A stretch of DNA of 64,000 bases, from the NCBI GenBank assembly GCA_036253495.1, contig GCA_036253495.1_4125.1. One strand, written 5' to 3'. Every line of letters starts with the position of its first letter. Positions within the stretch are counted from its first letter, which is position 1. Positions 29,671-39,510 of this stretch are shown here, in pieces. The stretch comes from a phage. Under the pieces are notes generated by a model. It saw nothing but the letters and a program-made list of their open reading frames with translations. It ran no database searches and had not been told where the DNA came from. A program made the position numbers and the translations under genes.

Positions 29671-30246
29671 ATGGAAGATATGAATACAACAGACAATGCT
29701 ATCCAGCAATTATATGATAATTCTGGAATGTTAGACATTCTTCTGGCGGTTGAAAAATATTTTGATGACAATGATTTATATGCCTATACTGGTGTAATTG
29801 AAGGTGAACTAGTTGAGGGACCAAATGTTACTAAGTACTGGTGTACTGTTACATTCAAATATTATAGAGAAAACTTTCCAGATCCAACAGCATTCACAGT
29901 TTTAGAAAAACACGGCACTAAAGTTCAAGTTAAAGCGGATTATGAAATACGACCAATTGCGAAGCCTCGTAGTCGTAATGATATGAAAACACAAGCAACT
30001 CAACATGGATCAGTGAATGTACCAAGAACCGAAAGAGTACCAGTACTACTAGTTCGTTTTCAAATACCGCGAAATCTAATTAATCCAGAAAGCTTTGATG
30101 AATACAAACTCATGGCATCTGAATTTAATAGTAATCCAATGAACTTAGATCAAAACACGCCTGATATGAGTATGGAAGATGAGCAGGATGTTCAAGAATT
30201 AGATGCAGAATTTGGTGCACCTGATGAACAAAAAGGAGGAATGTAA
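29671..30246 (+). CDS. hypothetical protein
   Basis: Start moved to ATG 29671, downstream of the terminator that the track ORF would span. Confidence 0.5.
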   Translation: MEDMNTTDNAIQQLYDNSGMLDILLAVEKYFDDNDLYAYTGVIEGELVEGPNVTKYWCTVTFKYYRENFPDPTAFTVLEKHGTKVQVKADYEIRPIAKPRSRNDMKTQATQHGSVNVPRTERVPVLLVRFQIPRNLINPESFDEYKLMASEFNSNPMNLDQNTPDMSMEDEQDVQELDAEFGAPDEQKGGM

Positions 30247-30926
30247 TGTCTAAACAATTAAATGAACAGGGATTGCGTCCTGAAGTGCTTAAAGACCTGA
30301 TTTACCCTATTATCAGTGTTGATGAATATACGCCTAAAATTGAAGATGGTAATATCGTTGTTATGTTTCAGGTGTTGAATAATTTTGATGCTGCATATGA
30401 TTTGTCCTCTTTCATTGAGAAATCACCAATCACTGCGGTAGATACTGAAGCTGCTGAAACACCTAACCTAGATGGTAGATATCAAGTATTTGTTGAAATG
30501 GAACGTAATGCAGAGTTTCCAGAAAAATTACTAACTCTAATTAAGACTATTGAAAACATTTGTCCAAATCCAGGATGGAAAATACAGCTTTATGGTGTTA
30601 ATGATCCAATTGATGTAGACTTTGATGAAGTTCAGCAACGTGTTGAATTGGGAACACCAGATGCACTAAGTGAGTTTTTGGATTATGCTGGCATAACTGT
30701 ACTCAAAGAGGGTAATAACCTAAAACTACAAACCGTGTATGGTGATTTATGTTATAGCACTGGTAGTGGTTTTGCATCTGAGGAATACATCAAATCTATG
30801 CTGAAAACTGAAACCAAATTAGATACATCAAGACTTAGTTCTATATTAGGTGAAAACTATACAGTACTACGTAGTGGTAATCAGTATATAGTTGGTAGAG
30901 ATGGGAAGTATCTGGTGCTAAGATGA
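30246..30926 (+). CDS. hypothetical protein
   Basis: 226-aa ORF, ATG overlapping upstream stop. Confidence 0.55.
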   Translation: MSKQLNEQGLRPEVLKDLIYPIISVDEYTPKIEDGNIVVMFQVLNNFDAAYDLSSFIEKSPITAVDTEAAETPNLDGRYQVFVEMERNAEFPEKLLTLIKTIENICPNPGWKIQLYGVNDPIDVDFDEVQQRVELGTPDALSEFLDYAGITVLKEGNNLKLQTVYGDLCYSTGSGFASEEYIKSMLKTETKLDTSRLSSILGENYTVLRSGNQYIVGRDGKYLVLR

Positions 30927-31741
30927 GAATTTTAAATATGTTGAAATCTCTACATGAAAGTACTAAATTGGTTCAGGATGAAAAGTATCGTCGCAGTACT
31001 ACAAAAGATTTAGCTTGTAGAATGTATATGCGTAGATTTGAGATTTCAAGGATTGGTAAGGGATGGGATGACATTAAACGTGATGATATCGATCCCGATG
31101 CAATCTTTAAAGCATATATGGCACGAAAGGTTTTCATTAATGAAAAAACATTTTATATTGACAGTGATAGAGAACGTGAAGTACAATTCACAAAAGGATT
31201 GTGGAAAATCTGGTGCATTGAGACATTTGGTGAGTTGTTACCTGAACCACCAGTACCAGAGACGTACAAAGAACTAAAGAACATCTTTGATAATGAACAT
31301 ATACATATGAATTTTTCATTATATGAGACTGTCAATGAGGCATTGTTCTATGGTGAACTACACGGTCATAATGAATATTTTAGTTCTATGGTAGAGTTTG
31401 ATTTGTTTTGTCATTTACCTGGGGTACAAAGCTGGACATCTGATCAGTACAGAGCCAGTAAGGTTGACAAACGTAAATTTTCAGCACAGAGATTTGTACA
31501 AGCAGCAATGGGTATGTATAAACTGGACTATCTAAACTGTCCAGAACCATATAAACATTTTTGGAAAGAAAGAGCACAGAAATGTTTAAACTATGCTATC
31601 ATACGTCTTATGGAAGTTTACATTTTAAAATTTAGGAATGCAACGGTGTATGATATGCCGGAGCCACCTAAAGATGAGAAGTACCCACCAGTTAAGGGTT
31701 TCAACTGGTACAGAGAGAAGAACAACAAAGGGACGTGCTAA
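30923..31741 (+). CDS. hypothetical protein
   Basis: 272-aa ORF, ATGA overlap. Confidence 0.55.
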   Translation: MRILNMLKSLHESTKLVQDEKYRRSTTKDLACRMYMRRFEISRIGKGWDDIKRDDIDPDAIFKAYMARKVFINEKTFYIDSDREREVQFTKGLWKIWCIETFGELLPEPPVPETYKELKNIFDNEHIHMNFSLYETVNEALFYGELHGHNEYFSSMVEFDLFCHLPGVQSWTSDQYRASKVDKRKFSAQRFVQAAMGMYKLDYLNCPEPYKHFWKERAQKCLNYAIIRLMEVYILKFRNATVYDMPEPPKDEKYPPVKGFNWYREKNNKGTC

Positions 31742-31757
31742 GGTGCGTCCTTTTTTT
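31731..31757 (+). terminator. intrinsic terminator
   Basis: GGACGTGC...GTGCGTCC stem followed by TTTTTTT. Confidence 0.65.
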
Positions 31758-31767
31758 CATTTAGGTG

Positions 31768-31796
31768 TTGACAATACTAATCAAGTTAGATAGAAT
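31768..31796 (+). promoter_or_regulatory. sigma70-type promoter (TTGACA-17-TAGAAT)
   Basis: Consensus -35 with 17-nt spacer; about 40 nt upstream of ATG 31833. Confidence 0.55.
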
Positions 31797-31832
31797 AGCA
31801 TTATTGATTTACTATTAATTAAAAAGAGGCTG

Positions 31833-32954
31833 ATGATGAAAGGAAAATATTTTTTCATTGAGAACAAACAAGAAATTGAAATCCAAGAGTTTGATTACCA
31901 GTTTGTGTTGAATTCATTACTGAAAAAGTATGATCGTCGCGACAATAAAAAGTACTTTTATAATGTAATCGTAAAACGTACTTATGATTCAATGGGAAAT
32001 CCCGAATTTGATGTTCGTAATTTAGAACTATCAAAAATTTACTATTCAAACACACGTTTGAATATGTTAGATCTCATGAAAGATGAAATTCATTTTAAAA
32101 ATATTCAGATTCGTGATTTACCAGTGCCCCCACTTGAGCGTGAATACGAAGCATGGAAAGAAGGTCGTCTTAAACCACGTCCAGAACTTGCAGTGGTTGA
32201 AGTGCCAGCACCAATTGTTCTGACTAAAACACCAATTGATCCAGAAGATGAACGCATTGCGGATATCGAACAATGGATGGAATTTCCTGAAACTATTAAA
32301 AAGGATTCTGTAAAAGTACTGGATTGGTTCGTAAACTTACCAGTATGTGCACAGGAAGTTGGTGTGAAGATTCAAAAAATTTCAGAGCGTCAATTGGACC
32401 TTAATGATGCATTACATAAGCATAGTGATTATGTTAGAACATTAATGAATAACTTAACCACTGCACTTGAATCGTTATTCCCATTGAAACCAACATTTAC
32501 ACAAAAACTGTTTGGTAAAGCTGATATAAAGGTTCAACAGGCCGATTTACCTAAAGTAATGAAAGCATTGAATGATGCAGTGAAATATGATACGAATAAG
32601 TTTAGTGGTTTAACTTCATTGTTTAATGAAATTCGAACTGAAGTTCGTGATATTAAAGATGAATTAGAATACGGAAAAATTGGGTGTGAGTATGCTATTC
32701 GTCGTTTGGATGATGCATTTGAATATGAACTGACTCTTGAACGTATCATGAAAATGAGCATTACCGCCGCAATGACTGAAGCTAGTATCGTTAATGTGAG
32801 TAAACAGTATCAGATTGATATGAATAGAATGGTAGATATCCAAACTATTACTATTCCGTTGATTATCAATCGTTTACAGACACAAGTTGGAAAAGCAGTA
32901 GACGCAGATACCGCCGCGATCATTCGCAACTTAGCTTACGGCGATAAAGAGTAA
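31833..32954 (+). CDS. hypothetical protein
   Basis: 373-aa ORF downstream of promoter. Confidence 0.55.
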   Translation: MMKGKYFFIENKQEIEIQEFDYQFVLNSLLKKYDRRDNKKYFYNVIVKRTYDSMGNPEFDVRNLELSKIYYSNTRLNMLDLMKDEIHFKNIQIRDLPVPPLEREYEAWKEGRLKPRPELAVVEVPAPIVLTKTPIDPEDERIADIEQWMEFPETIKKDSVKVLDWFVNLPVCAQEVGVKIQKISERQLDLNDALHKHSDYVRTLMNNLTTALESLFPLKPTFTQKLFGKADIKVQQADLPKVMKALNDAVKYDTNKFSGLTSLFNEIRTEVRDIKDELEYGKIGCEYAIRRLDDAFEYELTLERIMKMSITAAMTEASIVNVSKQYQIDMNRMVDIQTITIPLIINRLQTQVGKAVDADTAAIIRNLAYGDKE

Positions 32955-32963
32955 AAATAGTTG

Positions 32964-32992
32964 TTGACATAACTGTGTGTTGCTCGTATAAT
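32964..32992 (+). promoter_or_regulatory. sigma70 consensus promoter (TTGACA-17-TATAAT)
   Basis: Perfect -35 and -10; flanked by inverted repeat GTGTTGCTC ... GAGCAACAC. Confidence 0.6.
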
Positions 32993-33039
32993 GTTTATCA
33001 CAGAGCAACACTATTTTAAATTAAATGAGGAATAACCTA

Positions 33040-34167
33040 ATGTCCGAGAAAGAAATCAATCCAAAAAAAGCAACTACCAAAACTTCTAAGCGTACTACGA
33101 CCAAAACCAAAGGTAATACTTTTGATGCGAGTGATATTTTCGACCAACAGTCTAAGACGTTACCAGTACTGAAAGATACAAAAGGTAACACTATGTCTTT
33201 AACTGTTCAGAACATTAACACCATTGGAACAACTGCTGGTGCAGGTGTCGGACGACTGGCTGATGAAATCATGTCAAAAGTGAACGTCACTGATGACAAT
33301 ACTGAATTTGGTAAATCAATTACCACAATTTTATCACTAACCCGTGCTGTTGATATTGACAGTCTACAAGATGATAAATCAATTGTAGGTTGGGTCAAAA
33401 AACTCTTTGTCAATGCAAAACAGAAAGTTGGTGATCAGTACAAGAATAGTAAAGAGCAGATTGATGAAATCATGAACACACTCCAGGTTGGTATCAATCG
33501 CCAACATAGTGAATGTGAGTGGTTGGATACTGCTTACAATGAGAATAAAGCCTATCTATTTGAATTACGCGATACGCTGGTTGAATTGGAACAAGTTACA
33601 AAAACTCAAGATGCTAAACTGGAAGAAATGCAAGCGAACCCTGATGTGGATTCTTTCGCAATCCAAGAGCAGAAGATGATTTGTGAAGCATTGTCTAAAC
33701 AGGAAGATAAGATTCGCCGTCTTATCATGATGTGTGAGCTTAGTGGCCCTCGTCTGATGAGTATGAAGAAAGTGAATCTAAACACTGTATCTAAATTTGA
33801 AGATCTGAAATCTGTTGTCATCCCTGCATGGAAATCACAACTAGCAGAACAATTGATTTCTGAACGCCAACGCAAAGATAATGAGTTGGGTAATTTGATT
33901 GATAATGAAACTAACCGTTTACTTGAAGTGAACTCCAAAATGGTAGCAACTAATATGTTAGATGCTGCTAAAGCTAATAACCGTGGTATTGTGGATATTA
34001 AAACATTGCGTAACGTACACAAAACAATGATCGATAGCATCGAAGCAGTACTGATTGAAGAGAAGAAAGGTAAGGAAGAACGTGAACGTGCTAAACATGA
34101 AATTGCACAGTTGTCCTACGAACTTGAAGAAACTCTTCGCGAAATTGCTGACAAAGCTAACAAGTAA
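33040..34167 (+). CDS. hypothetical coiled-coil protein
   Basis: Start moved to ATG 33040 (GAGGA SD 8 nt upstream); K/E-rich helical-looking sequence. Confidence 0.55.
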   Translation: MSEKEINPKKATTKTSKRTTTKTKGNTFDASDIFDQQSKTLPVLKDTKGNTMSLTVQNINTIGTTAGAGVGRLADEIMSKVNVTDDNTEFGKSITTILSLTRAVDIDSLQDDKSIVGWVKKLFVNAKQKVGDQYKNSKEQIDEIMNTLQVGINRQHSECEWLDTAYNENKAYLFELRDTLVELEQVTKTQDAKLEEMQANPDVDSFAIQEQKMICEALSKQEDKIRRLIMMCELSGPRLMSMKKVNLNTVSKFEDLKSVVIPAWKSQLAEQLISERQRKDNELGNLIDNETNRLLEVNSKMVATNMLDAAKANNRGIVDIKTLRNVHKTMIDSIEAVLIEEKKGKEERERAKHEIAQLSYELEETLREIADKANK

Positions 34168-34170
34168 TAG

Positions 34171-34199
34171 TTGACATATAGATGTGCCCATTGTATAAT
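34171..34199 (+). promoter_or_regulatory. sigma70 consensus promoter (TTGACA-17-TATAAT)
   Basis: Perfect boxes; -10 embedded in palindrome ATGTGCCCATTGTATAATGGGCACAT. Confidence 0.6.
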
Positions 34200-34232
34200 G
34201 GGCACATATTTTATTAATTATCTAAGGATAAT

Positions 34233-34934
34233 ATGATGGCAGATAAAGTTACACACTATGCAGTTGATATTGAATCTTTCGGAACTCCAGAACGTAGTGG
34301 TTATGATATTATCATTCCAAATTACGCAATTGTTTTAGTTCCAACTAACCCAATGAAAGATATCTCACGTTATGCATATGTTAAACTACCATTCCAAAAA
34401 CAAATTGATGCTGGTCTTAAAGTTGATGCAGGTTCAATGAACTTTTGGATGAATATGTGTCAAAATGATCATAAAGGTGCATATGAAGAAGTAGTTAGTA
34501 CACTCACGTTGTCAGAACCTGAGATTATTTCCGGTAGTCAAAACAATTTGTATAAAACAAAAAATGTACTTGATTTGTGGAATGCACTTCGTTATGATCT
34601 TAATGGAAATGAGAACAATATTGAAATTTGGGGTAATGGCTGTCACTTCGATTGTAGTATTCTTCAAGCAAACCATCGTAAAATGTTTGGTGTGGGCGAA
34701 TTGTGGAAATACAATGCACCACAGAATGCCCGAAGTGTTAAGAATCGCCTAACTGAAGATGAAAAATTTGACATGGATTCCATTGTTGATGTACAATTGA
34801 AAAAGTTTGTGGAGATGGTTGCTGATCATGGTCTTTATGGTCTAGAACTTCACCACCCATTATTCGATGCAGCACGTGAAGCTATCCAGGTTTCATATTG
34901 CTTAAATGCAATCAACGAACGCGGAAACTATTAA
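34233..34934 (+). CDS. dexA: DEDDh 3'-5' exonuclease (T4 DexA-like)
   Basis: 233 aa; Exo I VDIESFG, Exo II HFDCSIL, Exo III HHPLFDAAREA. Confidence 0.65.
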   Translation: MMADKVTHYAVDIESFGTPERSGYDIIIPNYAIVLVPTNPMKDISRYAYVKLPFQKQIDAGLKVDAGSMNFWMNMCQNDHKGAYEEVVSTLTLSEPEIISGSQNNLYKTKNVLDLWNALRYDLNGNENNIEIWGNGCHFDCSILQANHRKMFGVGELWKYNAPQNARSVKNRLTEDEKFDMDSIVDVQLKKFVEMVADHGLYGLELHHPLFDAAREAIQVSYCLNAINERGNY

Positions 34935-34944
34935 AGGTAACACA

Positions 34945-36042
34945 ATGAACTTAGCAATTCTTCTAATACCAAGTTTGATAGTTGTTCTAATCATGAAGTT
35001 CAAATACCATACTGCCATAACAACAAAGGAATTGCTAATTCATACTGGAATTTGCTTTCTTGCAGCGGTGTTGGTATTGGGAACATCATACTTGATAAAC
35101 TACAGCCAACTTCGTGATGTTGAAATTCTAAATGGTCAGGTTACAGAGAAATACAGCCAACGTGAGAACTGCACATCACAATCAAGTTCTTGTAAACACT
35201 ATACTTGGCATGAGCGTTGCTGGACTACCTATGATTCTAAAGGTCGCTCACAACGTGAATGTGAATCTTATAAGGTATTCGACTATCCGTATGAGATTGA
35301 TTGGTACGTTAAAAGCACTGTTGGTAAGTTTGAGATTGAAAGGGTCAATAGACAAGGAACACAAACTCCACCACGCTGGCAAGAAGTGAAAATTGGTGAT
35401 TATGCAGCAGCAGAAAACACATACATAAATTATCTATTTGCAGATAAACACTCATTATTCAGTACTGAAGATTTGATTTCTATGTATGATAAAGAATATC
35501 TGGAATCTTTACCTGAATATCCAAGTATTAGTGATTATTATAAAACACACCACGTTATTAATAAAACTGATTACGATGTGAGTGGGTATGATGAATATTT
35601 ACGTGAAGTGTTAAAAACATTAGGTGCACAAAAGCAAGTAAACATTCAAGTACTAGTATATGATTATCATGACGTGAATTTTGTTGATGCAGTAACCTCA
35701 ATCTGGCGTGGTGGCAAGAAGAACGATGTTATTATGTTCTTTGGTATCAGTAATGATGGTGTCGTTAAATCATTCAATAGTACGTCATTCGCTAAAGGTA
35801 TGAATAATGAAGAATTGCATTCTAAAATGCGAATGGATGCGTTAAATGAAGTATTAACACTTGACTTACTTAAAGTTCAGGTTCATAATATACAGACTAA
35901 GTTTGAACGTCTGTCTAATAAAGAGTTTGAATACATGGCAGTTAAAATGGAACCACGAAAAGATGTTATGATTGCTGCATCGTTGATTCTCATTGTACTG
36001 TCGATTGTTGTTGGTCTTTATATGAAGGAAAATAATGTATGA
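34945..36042 (+). CDS. hypothetical membrane protein (N- and C-terminal TM segments)
   Basis: Start moved to ATG 34945; hydrophobic stretches at both ends. Confidence 0.5.
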   Translation: MNLAILLIPSLIVVLIMKFKYHTAITTKELLIHTGICFLAAVLVLGTSYLINYSQLRDVEILNGQVTEKYSQRENCTSQSSSCKHYTWHERCWTTYDSKGRSQRECESYKVFDYPYEIDWYVKSTVGKFEIERVNRQGTQTPPRWQEVKIGDYAAAENTYINYLFADKHSLFSTEDLISMYDKEYLESLPEYPSISDYYKTHHVINKTDYDVSGYDEYLREVLKTLGAQKQVNIQVLVYDYHDVNFVDAVTSIWRGGKKNDVIMFFGISNDGVVKSFNSTSFAKGMNNEELHSKMRMDALNEVLTLDLLKVQVHNIQTKFERLSNKEFEYMAVKMEPRKDVMIAASLILIVLSIVVGLYMKENNV

Positions 36043-36593
36043 ATAAGCCTCTGATTTTGTTGGTTGGTGTGTTGGTGATTTTTGTTATTGGTGTGTTTGC
36101 AACTGTAAGTATGTATAGTTCAGCACATGATAGTGCAGTGAATTTTGAAGGTAATATTAAAAAGTACTACGATGCATCTGAAAGTCAACTGAGCAGTTAT
36201 ACACTAACTATTCAAGAAAAGGTTCAAGTATCGGACAAATATAAGGATGCATTGAAAGAGACAATCGAAGCGTACTTTAAGGGACGTGAAGGAGTTGATC
36301 AGAAATTTGTAATGTCACAGATTCAACAGCAAGTTCCAAATCTTGATCCTAAGATTTATCAAGAGTTGATGGTTACAATTGATGCAGGGCGTGAGAAGTT
36401 CAATAACTTGCAGAAAATGAAAATTGAACAATGTACTGATTATGAGAAATTCCGCAAAGGATTCTGGAACTCCAAAATCATCGATTCTAATACATTCCCA
36501 AGTAAAGATATTGAACATTTGTGTACTGTCGTTTCTGATACTCGCACTAAGAAAGCAATGGAAACTGGTATTCAGGAAGTAATTAAATTGTAA
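36039..36593 (+). CDS. membrane-anchored protein, possibly LemA-like
   Basis: 184 aa; N-terminal TM anchor then helical domain; LemA resemblance weak. Confidence 0.4.
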   Translation: MNKPLILLVGVLVIFVIGVFATVSMYSSAHDSAVNFEGNIKKYYDASESQLSSYTLTIQEKVQVSDKYKDALKETIEAYFKGREGVDQKFVMSQIQQQVPNLDPKIYQELMVTIDAGREKFNNLQKMKIEQCTDYEKFRKGFWNSKIIDSNTFPSKDIEHLCTVVSDTRTKKAMETGIQEVIKL

Positions 36594-36600
36594 GTATTTG

Positions 36601-36628
36601 GGGAGTACATTATTGTACTCCCTTTTTA
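36601..36628 (+). terminator. intrinsic terminator
   Basis: GGGAGTACA-TTAT-TGTACTCCC perfect hairpin then TTTTT. Confidence 0.8.
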
Positions 36629-36644
36629 ATAGGATATATAAACT

Positions 36645-37226
36645 ATGTTTTATAATGAAACTCTTAAGTTGTTCGAGCGTATAGCAGAAATCAAAAAGCG
36701 TGCATATGATAATATAATTCTTCCTTATAGTTTTGAATCAGATACTATAATTTTTAAAATGAAACATCATGCTCGTCATTATGAATTTATTTTAGGGATA
36801 AAAGAACCTAAAATTGAATCCAATGTTCCAAATATATCATCATCTATCGCAGTTCCAAGCGGTGTAAATATTACCCACGGTCATCCAATGACAATTGCGG
36901 CAACTTCATCCAATACGATTATTGAGCGTTATATTAAAGTTTGTACAACAACAGCTATGCAAAATATCATATCAGTTGAGTGGAGTGAACTACCAAGTAA
37001 GTTCATTTACTTCACCAATAGTAATGGTACAACGCCTGAGAAAGAATATATGGGTAATAAGATTATGTCAGCTATGATTCTACATGAAAAAACGCTTATC
37101 AATGGTGAAATATATTCATTAGAAGACAATCCAGATGCATTTATTAAAGACATTGAGGGTTCCAATAAATTTAGTATTTTAGAAGTATTAAATCTTGAAA
37201 AGGATTATAAACATGCAATACGATAA
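36645..37226 (+). CDS. hypothetical protein
   Basis: 193-aa ORF. Confidence 0.5.
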   Translation: MFYNETLKLFERIAEIKKRAYDNIILPYSFESDTIIFKMKHHARHYEFILGIKEPKIESNVPNISSSIAVPSGVNITHGHPMTIAATSSNTIIERYIKVCTTTAMQNIISVEWSELPSKFIYFTNSNGTTPEKEYMGNKIMSAMILHEKTLINGEIYSLEDNPDAFIKDIEGSNKFSILEVLNLEKDYKHAIR

Positions 37227-37743
37227 TAAAGATCTACCATATCTCCCCGATCTGGAAAGAGGTGTTAATGAGTTCGTTCAGGTAATATCAGAGTGGGATG
37301 TATCAGTATTTTCATATAATCGTAAGAAGGATTTCGAATATAAAGGCGTTCATTTTTTTATCACGGATAATTTAATAACCCTGCAATCTAAAATAGAAAT
37401 GTTTGGATCTTTAGACCCCATATATCGTCAGCCATATTCTGATCCATACAAAGAAAATATTGCAAGAATGTTTGAAAATAGAACAAGACAATATACCCGA
37501 AATTATTTTGGCACTTTCGATTTCACTAAAAAAGGTACATTGGTTGGATATACCATATCAACAGAATCTTTCACATCTATACATAGTGTGATTCTTGGTG
37601 AGAAAAAAATGTTAGTTAATAATGAATATTGGTTAGACCGTGAAAATTTTCATGAATATGCATTTCAGCATTCTGTAGCAAATCCAAAAGAACCATTTGA
37701 TGTGTTCTTTATTTCTAATGTATTAAGAATGTTAGGAGAATAA
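37213..37743 (+). CDS. hypothetical protein
   Basis: Start moved to ATG 37213 (AAGGA SD 8 nt upstream). Confidence 0.5.
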   Translation: MQYDNKDLPYLPDLERGVNEFVQVISEWDVSVFSYNRKKDFEYKGVHFFITDNLITLQSKIEMFGSLDPIYRQPYSDPYKENIARMFENRTRQYTRNYFGTFDFTKKGTLVGYTISTESFTSIHSVILGEKKMLVNNEYWLDRENFHEYAFQHSVANPKEPFDVFFISNVLRMLGE

Positions 37744-37744
37744 T

Positions 37745-38098
37745 ATGTTGATTTACTTATGTGTGCTTTTGGTTTCATTGGTTGTAGCAGTATTAGTACT
37801 GAAAACTATTTCAACTATTCGTTCTAAAATTGATAAACATCAAGAAAATTCTGTTATCGATTTAGTTATGGATTTTCCTAAAATCAGTGCAGCCGTTGTT
37901 TTTGTTGTTATGTTATTTGGAACATACTGCGTAAAAGGCTACCTCTATGGTATGTATGATTGTAGCGTTCGTTCATATTCACAAGGTGTTGAAACTGACT
38001 ATAGCTGGTACTATGGTAAGTGTCGTTTTAAAAATGAACATGGTATTTGGGTAGATTTTGATAAACTACGCGGAACACCATCAGGTGATGAAGAATAA
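37745..38098 (+). CDS. hypothetical membrane protein
   Basis: 117 aa; two hydrophobic segments. Confidence 0.5.
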   Translation: MLIYLCVLLVSLVVAVLVLKTISTIRSKIDKHQENSVIDLVMDFPKISAAVVFVVMLFGTYCVKGYLYGMYDCSVRSYSQGVETDYSWYYGKCRFKNEHGIWVDFDKLRGTPSGDEE

Positions 38099-38592
38099 TG
38101 TTTGAATTTCCTGATGAACAACCAAAAAACTACATTGACTGTACTGAAGATGGATACACGCATATCAATATCTACAGTAAAGGGAAAACTAAGCTAGGGA
38201 GAGATTTATCTAATTTTTCTCCCCATAGCTTTACACTAGAACCATATGGATGGTTTCCTTCGGTTGAGTCTTTTTATTTCTGGTTCCTCACTGGACAACA
38301 GCATGAAGAACTTAGAAAGGTATCAGGAGCCGCAGCGAAAGCCGCTGCAAACAAATATATGCATGACCGTATAGAGATGACACCTGAGCGATTAAATGTA
38401 ATCCAGGATGCGATATGTGCTAAAATAATGCAGAATCCTGAACTTGCTGAACGATTGCGTAAAAGTACTCTGAAGTTTGAGCATTATTATTTGTATGGTG
38501 GTAAGATTATTGATGTTAGTGATGACCACCGTTGGTTTGTTCAGACCTTTGAGGATATCAGAACAGTACTGAAGGAGATGAATAATGGATAA
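38098..38592 (+). CDS. possible NADAR (YbiA/DUF1768-like) domain protein
   Basis: 164 aa; INIYSKGKTKLGRDLSNFSPHSF, FPSVESFYFWF, ELRKVSGAAAKAAANKY parallel YbiA blocks (recall, not searched). Confidence 0.4.
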   Translation: MFEFPDEQPKNYIDCTEDGYTHINIYSKGKTKLGRDLSNFSPHSFTLEPYGWFPSVESFYFWFLTGQQHEELRKVSGAAAKAAANKYMHDRIEMTPERLNVIQDAICAKIMQNPELAERLRKSTLKFEHYYLYGGKIIDVSDDHRWFVQTFEDIRTVLKEMNNG

Positions 38593-38860
38593 AGTGAAAA
38601 TTTGTTGTCTTGAATGTGAGATGTTTGTCACTCCGTCTGATACAATGTTGACAATAGAGGAACAAGTCTTTCCATTAAGAGGTGGCTATATAAAATTACC
38701 AACACCATTTTATAGTACATCTTGTTCAATATGTGGTAATGAACTTGTTCTTCATGAGTTGAATTGCGTTAATATTATGGTTGTAAATGCAATTAGTTCG
38801 TATGCAAAAGAATTGGTTAGAAATGACAGTTCATTTGCACATTTATGGGGTTTCAACTGA
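38585..38860 (+). CDS. small Cys-rich protein (putative zinc ribbon)
   Basis: 91 aa; CCLEC ... CSICG cysteine pairs. Confidence 0.45.
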   Translation: MDKVKICCLECEMFVTPSDTMLTIEEQVFPLRGGYIKLPTPFYSTSCSICGNELVLHELNCVNIMVVNAISSYAKELVRNDSSFAHLWGFN

Positions 38861-38861
38861 T

Positions 38862-39134
38862 ATGAATCATTCAAGAACTTGTTGGATATGTTACAATAAG
38901 GATGTAGATCATACTCTTGAACTTGAATATATGGAGATGAACTATGCAACAGACGTAAGATCATTTTCTGCTGGTCGTGTTATAATAAAAACACCACAAT
39001 ATCAGTGTTTGTGTTCAGTGTGTGGTGGGAATGGTGTATATCGCAATGAGGTTCAAATGGTAAATGATGCTATTGAGCTTTATTTTGGACAATATGTTTT
39101 GGATTTATATAAAAATGAACAAACTAACATTTGA
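38862..39134 (+). CDS. small Cys-rich protein (putative zinc ribbon), paralog-like of 38585..38860
   Basis: Start moved to ATG 38862; CWICYNKD ... CLCSVCGG. Confidence 0.45.
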   Translation: MNHSRTCWICYNKDVDHTLELEYMEMNYATDVRSFSAGRVIIKTPQYQCLCSVCGGNGVYRNEVQMVNDAIELYFGQYVLDLYKNEQTNI

Positions 39135-39345
39135 TGCAACCCCAATAAATGAACTTTTAGTGCCAAGTGAAGGAAGCACTGTTAAAATGAACATGTACTG
39201 GATTGTCAAAGATGGAAACGTATTCAGACATAAAATAACAAAAGTATGGCAATGTAACAAAAATGAAAGTATTGTTAAGATGATAGCTGATACTGTAGAT
39301 GGTGCTGAAGTTGTTTTTATGCCGTATGCATATATTAAGGAATAA
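39115..39345 (+). CDS. hypothetical protein
   Basis: Start tentatively ATG 39115; overlaps upstream gene by 20 nt. Confidence 0.35.
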   Translation: MNKLTFDATPINELLVPSEGSTVKMNMYWIVKDGNVFRHKITKVWQCNKNESIVKMIADTVDGAEVVFMPYAYIKE

Positions 39346-39510
39346 ACATGAAAAAAGAGTTGACAATATTCGTCATTCCAACTATAATGTTGATATTGGC
39401 TCTGGTGTTCCCACAATCACATGTGGTTATGCTTAACATCATAGAACTAATTTTATTGGTAATACACTGTATTGTCTGTTACTATTACATTAACAGTAAT
39501 GAGGATCGTG

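Noticed and set aside
33606-34040. 144-aa minus-strand ORF
   Set aside because: Antisense within CDS 33040..34167, which has a strong promoter and SD; no support for a reverse gene
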